Below, in pieces: positions 60,486 through 64,000 of a stretch of DNA of 64,000 nucleotides. This DNA is from Armatimonadota bacterium (GTDB lineage: Bacteria > Armatimonadota > SYMT01). The translations under genes and the position numbers were made by a program. Below the pieces are notes generated by a model that worked only from the letters and a program-made list of their open reading frames with translations, made no database searches and was not told the DNA's origin. The stretch lies in NCBI GenBank assembly GCA_041690135.1, contig JAWLHY010000017.1, positions 1-64,000 of the forward strand. Direction: 5' to 3'. Each line of letters opens with the position of its first letter. Positions within the stretch are counted from its first letter, which is position 1.

Positions 60486-61244
60486 TTACCAGAAGCGAAA
60501 CCGCATTCGCGGTCGTGCTTCCGGGCGGATTAGCGGCAATTCCTCGTCTCCGAGCACTCGCGCGGGGTGTTCTTCCACCAGGGCCTGGGCAGCCTTTTCC
60601 CCGAGCCATCCGGCGCAGCGCCGGATGGCGGGGCTCAACCGGGGAACACGTATATCCGGACCGTGGGCATCGGTGGCCAGAAGGGACACCCATCCGGACC
60701 GCACCAGCCACTCTGCCTGCCGGCGCGCTTCGGGACCGAACTCTCCCAGCAATGAGCCCGCGTTTACCTGTAACCGGCAGCCCCGCTGGACGAGTTCTCC
60801 CAAGTCCATACGGCGTGCGTGCCACGCACGCACGCGCTCGGGATGTGCCAGGATGAGCCGGTAGCCGTGACTCTGTAGCTGAAAGAGCGCCCGGTCCACG
60901 TAGGCTCCCATCTCCAACTGCGCCGTCTCCAGCAGGAGATACGAAGTTCCTGCCACAGTTAACGCCCGGCCGGTTCGCAAGGCTTCCAGAAGCTGTGGAA
61001 CGAGCACTACCTCGTTGCCCAACCGCACCTCCAGCGCCAATCCCGCGGCCGCAATCCGCTCTCGCAATTCGCGGAGACGGTCTTGCATACATTCCAGTTC
61101 CCCCGGCGCGCCTGTCCAGTGCGGAGTGGCGACACACTGTCGAATTCCGTCCGCCGCCGCCATGCGGCACATCGCCATTGTTGCATCCCAATCCGCCGCC
61201 CCATCGTCGATGGCCGGAAGCAGGTGACAGTGCAGGTCGATCAC
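60486..61244 (-). CDS. PHP-family protein-tyrosine phosphatase (CpsB/CapC/YwqE-like)
   Basis: MIDLHCHLLPAIDDG, ATPH, AHPER, TDAH. Confidence 0.93.
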   Translation of the reverse strand: MIDLHCHLLPAIDDGAADWDATMAMCRMAAADGIRQCVATPHWTGAPGELECMQDRLRELRERIAAAGLALEVRLGNEVVLVPQLLEALRTGRALTVAGTSYLLLETAQLEMGAYVDRALFQLQSHGYRLILAHPERVRAWHARRMDLGELVQRGCRLQVNAGSLLGEFGPEARRQAEWLVRSGWVSLLATDAHGPDIRVPRLSPAIRRCAGWLGEKAAQALVEEHPARVLGDEELPLIRPEARPRMRFRFW

Positions 61245-61274
61245 GCGGGTGCAGTCATGGGCGGAAGGGAGCTT

Positions 61275-63083
61275 TCAGGGTAGGGTAGGCGCGTGACTCG
61301 CCGAGCGAGTGGGACTTCCGTGCCGGCTCTCCGAAGTGAATGGAAGCGCGTCAAAACTATCGTACACATCGATCTCGTGGCGGGCACAGAAGTCGAGGAT
61401 GTGGCGCCCGGCATCGGTGGTACTCCCCACACCCAGCATACACACCAGGTTTTCTTCGTCTCCCAGCAGTTCCGGAAGGCGGTCGAGGGAACCCAGCACC
61501 CGTATTCCGTTCAGAGAGCGGCCTTCCCAGCCGGTGCGTTCATCCAGTAGTCCCAGCACCTTTCCACGTTGGGGCGCCAGGGGGTCTTGAAGGGCCTGGG
61601 CGCGGGCGAACGCCTCCGGTCCCACTCCGAGGAAAACGACCTTCAAACCGGAGCGGGCCGGCACGAGACTGAACAGGTGACGGAATAACCCGAACCAGGT
61701 ACGCGCGCCTACCACCAGCAGCGTGAACAAGAGCCAGTCGAGGAAGAGCGCCGCGCGGGAAACGCCGCGGAGACCCGTCGTCATACTCAAAACTGTGACG
61801 GCCAGCGCAGTGCCGGCGGTGCTCCCGAGAATGCCGGCAAAGGCGTCCGTCAGGCCCGCGTAGCGCCAATCACCGCGGTAGGCCTTGCAGAAGGCGAGGC
61901 CCAGGAGTTTGGCGACCCACAGCAGCGGGAGCGCCCGCAGGACGGCCTCCTTGATCTCCAGCGGCACAGCGCCTTCGAAACGGAGCAGGTGCGCCCCGCC
62001 GAATGCCAACGGCACCAACAGCGCGTCGAGGAGCACCTGGAGAAAATTTGACTTGTACAGGTAGCTCCAGACGAGGGGACGCGCCTCCTTCGGCACCCGG
62101 GTCTCGTCCTCATAAACTTTGAGAACGCCCAGGTACACCCCCAGACCCAACAGCACGACAAACAGCAGGCCGGCCAGCATCAGGGTCGCGGTGATCGGCA
62201 GATGCCCGGCGCTAAGCGCTACGGCGCCGGAAACCCCCGTCAGCGCGTAAAGCAGCAGCACCGTGGCCCTTTCCGACAGGCCCAGGGCAAAGAGGCGGTG
62301 CGACGAATGGTCCCTACCTCCCTGGGAGATTCTCCGGCCGTGAAAGAGCCTCGCCACTGTCACCAGCGTCGTGTCGAAGATGGGGATCGCCAGTACGAGT
62401 ACGGGAAGCACCAGGGAAAGCAATACGTTAGGTGCGCTTCTCGGCAAGCCCTGAATCGAGAGCGTTGCGAGGGAGAACCCCAGGAACATGCTCCCGCAGT
62501 CTCCCATGAACACCTTTGCGGGCTTGAAGTTGAACACCAGAAAGGCGACGCAGGCTCCCACTACCCCCAGCGCGGCGCCTGCGGTGGCTGTGTCCCCGTT
62601 TCCGGCGGAGTGGAGCGCCAGTGTCAGCGAACCAATAGCGGTGACCCCGGCCGCCAACCCATCCATATTGTCGAGCAGGTTGAGCGCGTTGGTGATTCCC
62701 ACGATCCAGAACAGGGTGACCACGCCCGCGACCGCATAGGGGAGCCCGCCGAACACGACGCCGTTCTGGACCGCCCACGCAGCCGCGGCGATCTGGCCGA
62801 TCAACTTCAGGTGAGGGCGGAGCAGCAAACGGTCGTCCACCCATCCGAGGAGGAAGATCGCCACAGACGGGCCGAGCAGAGGGGTGACCGCACTGCTACC
62901 ATCACCCGCGAACCAGGCAGCCAGCACGCCGCCAAAGATCGCGATTCCACCCATCAGGGCCGTGGGAGTCGAGTGCCACCGGTCGTCGCGGGGACGCGCA
63001 ACCCAGCCCAACTTCCGCGCCGTGGCGATCACGAGCGGAGTGAGGCCGAGTGTAACTCCAAAGCTGAAAAGGAGTGCGATCAT
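61275..63083 (-). CDS. MraY/WecA-family polyprenyl-phosphate sugar-1-P transferase with a C-terminal CapD-N/CoA-binding-like extension
   Basis: MGGIAI, GWVDD, NALNLLDNMDGL, FMGDCGS, DHSSHRL; tail YRGDWRY...GLLDE...GIRVLG. Confidence 0.9.
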   Translation of the reverse strand: MIALLFSFGVTLGLTPLVIATARKLGWVARPRDDRWHSTPTALMGGIAIFGGVLAAWFAGDGSSAVTPLLGPSVAIFLLGWVDDRLLLRPHLKLIGQIAAAAWAVQNGVVFGGLPYAVAGVVTLFWIVGITNALNLLDNMDGLAAGVTAIGSLTLALHSAGNGDTATAGAALGVVGACVAFLVFNFKPAKVFMGDCGSMFLGFSLATLSIQGLPRSAPNVLLSLVLPVLVLAIPIFDTTLVTVARLFHGRRISQGGRDHSSHRLFALGLSERATVLLLYALTGVSGAVALSAGHLPITATLMLAGLLFVVLLGLGVYLGVLKVYEDETRVPKEARPLVWSYLYKSNFLQVLLDALLVPLAFGGAHLLRFEGAVPLEIKEAVLRALPLLWVAKLLGLAFCKAYRGDWRYAGLTDAFAGILGSTAGTALAVTVLSMTTGLRGVSRAALFLDWLLFTLLVVGARTWFGLFRHLFSLVPARSGLKVVFLGVGPEAFARAQALQDPLAPQRGKVLGLLDERTGWEGRSLNGIRVLGSLDRLPELLGDEENLVCMLGVGSTTDAGRHILDFCARHEIDVYDSFDALPFTSESRHGSPTRSASHAPTLP

Positions 63084-63177
63084 TGGTATTTGGGGCGGAT
63101 CATCCCCAGTGGCGCCGTGGGAGGGTTGGCTGCACCCTTGTTGGGAATATCGACCGGCGTGGGCCGCGATACAAGAA

Positions 63178-64000
63178 TCATCCTATCAAGCGCCCGGAGG
63201 CCGGGCAAGTTTCTCCAGTGATCGTGAGCCCAACCGGGGACAGGCCGGTCTGAAATACCTTTCCTTCCGGTTGCCAGAGGGGGAGCAGGTCGCAAAGCCG
63301 CCGTGCATCGTCGCCGGAGCGCGCGAGCAGGAGCAGAAAGCCCCCGCCGCCGGCCCCGGCCAGCTTCCAGCCCAGGCAGTAGGGCGCCGCCTTTCGCAGG
63401 ATACCCTCGATTTCCCCGTGAGTTGCCGTCGGCTCGAGCAGACATTTCAATTCCCAGGATTCCCGGAGTCCGGCGCCCAGTCGTACAAAATCTCCCGCGC
63501 GGAGTGCCCCCGTCACTTCGTGGGCCAGGTCCTTCATCCGCCGCAACGCGGGACGAACATCCGGCTCCCGGGCCAGGTAGCGACTCACGACGCGTTGCAG
63601 CACGTTCCGGGCCAATCGCGGCACTCCCGTGTAAAAGAGGACCAGGCGTTCTTCCAGCTCCCGCTCTACCGACTGGGTACAGTCGACATGAGTCACCCGC
63701 GGCACCTGTGCGAGCCCGGGATCCGTCACCGTCAATTTGATCTTCGGCAGCATGCCGCCGATCTGGTCCTGCCAGCCGCCCCCGGTTGTCATCCGCTGCT
63801 CCAGGGCCAATACGGCCTGGAAGAGACTTTCCCAGGAAGTGACCTGTCCGGAGAGATGCCGGAGCGAGGCGAGGACCACCGCGCCCAGGATGCTGCTGGT
63901 GCCTAATCCGCTTCCCTTGGGGACACCGGACGTCGTTTCGAGCCGGAGCCCACCGCCGGCCGCGAGGAGCCGGCGCGCCAGGTCGGCCCCATCCGTGCCG
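63178..64000 (-). CDS. GHMP sugar kinase, L-fucokinase-like C-terminal part (5' end outside the window)
   Basis: PKGSGLGTSS read at about 63893-63922; EQRMTTGGGWQDQIGG; KLAGAGGGGF. Confidence 0.85.
   Translation of the reverse strand, partial: GTDGADLARRLLAAGGGLRLETTSGVPKGSGLGTSSILGAVVLASLRHLSGQVTSWESLFQAVLALEQRMTTGGGWQDQIGGMLPKIKLTVTDPGLAQVPRVTHVDCTQSVERELEERLVLFYTGVPRLARNVLQRVVSRYLAREPDVRPALRRMKDLAHEVTGALRAGDFVRLGAGLRESWELKCLLEPTATHGEIEGILRKAAPYCLGWKLAGAGGGGFLLLLARSGDDARRLCDLLPLWQPEGKVFQTGLSPVGLTITGETCPASGRLIG

Overview
GC-rich bacterial chromosomal window. The prepilin-type protein (FTLIELLVVIAIIAILAAILFPVFAKARE) suggests Armatimonadota, by inference, although the window also holds many Planctomycete/Verrucomicrobia-style families. 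In order: (1) 0.5-9.2 kb: ino1 + SAM methyltransferase + GH-A-type hydrolase operon, a metallophosphoesterase, two WGxxGxxG-CTERM proteins, several small acidic disordered proteins and a STAS anti-anti-sigma factor. Six transcription units here are preceded by the same G(G/T)TT-N16-GGGNA(A/G) motif, which resembles SigB/SigF promoters. (2) 9-43 kb: three DUF1549/DUF1553 (PSD1) + DUF1501 gene pairs, two sulfatases, beta-propellers, an MFS transporter, DUF1080, a hybrid kinase and glpFK. (3) 43-55 kb: HEAT and ankyrin genes, a DMFase-like protein, flotillin + YqiJ-like, FAH, NTP transferase, MBL hydrolase and a pentapeptide-LspA fusion. (4) 55-64 kb: an exopolysaccharide/capsule locus. I found no rRNA, tRNA, CRISPR array or intact transposase. 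Best leads: the putative stress-sigma regulon island; heptamer-repeat elements inserted in frame at the same loop of two DUF1553 paralogues; an apparently circularly permuted GH-A barrel; and the pentapeptide-LspA fusion. All family calls come from motif recognition by eye, not from database searches.
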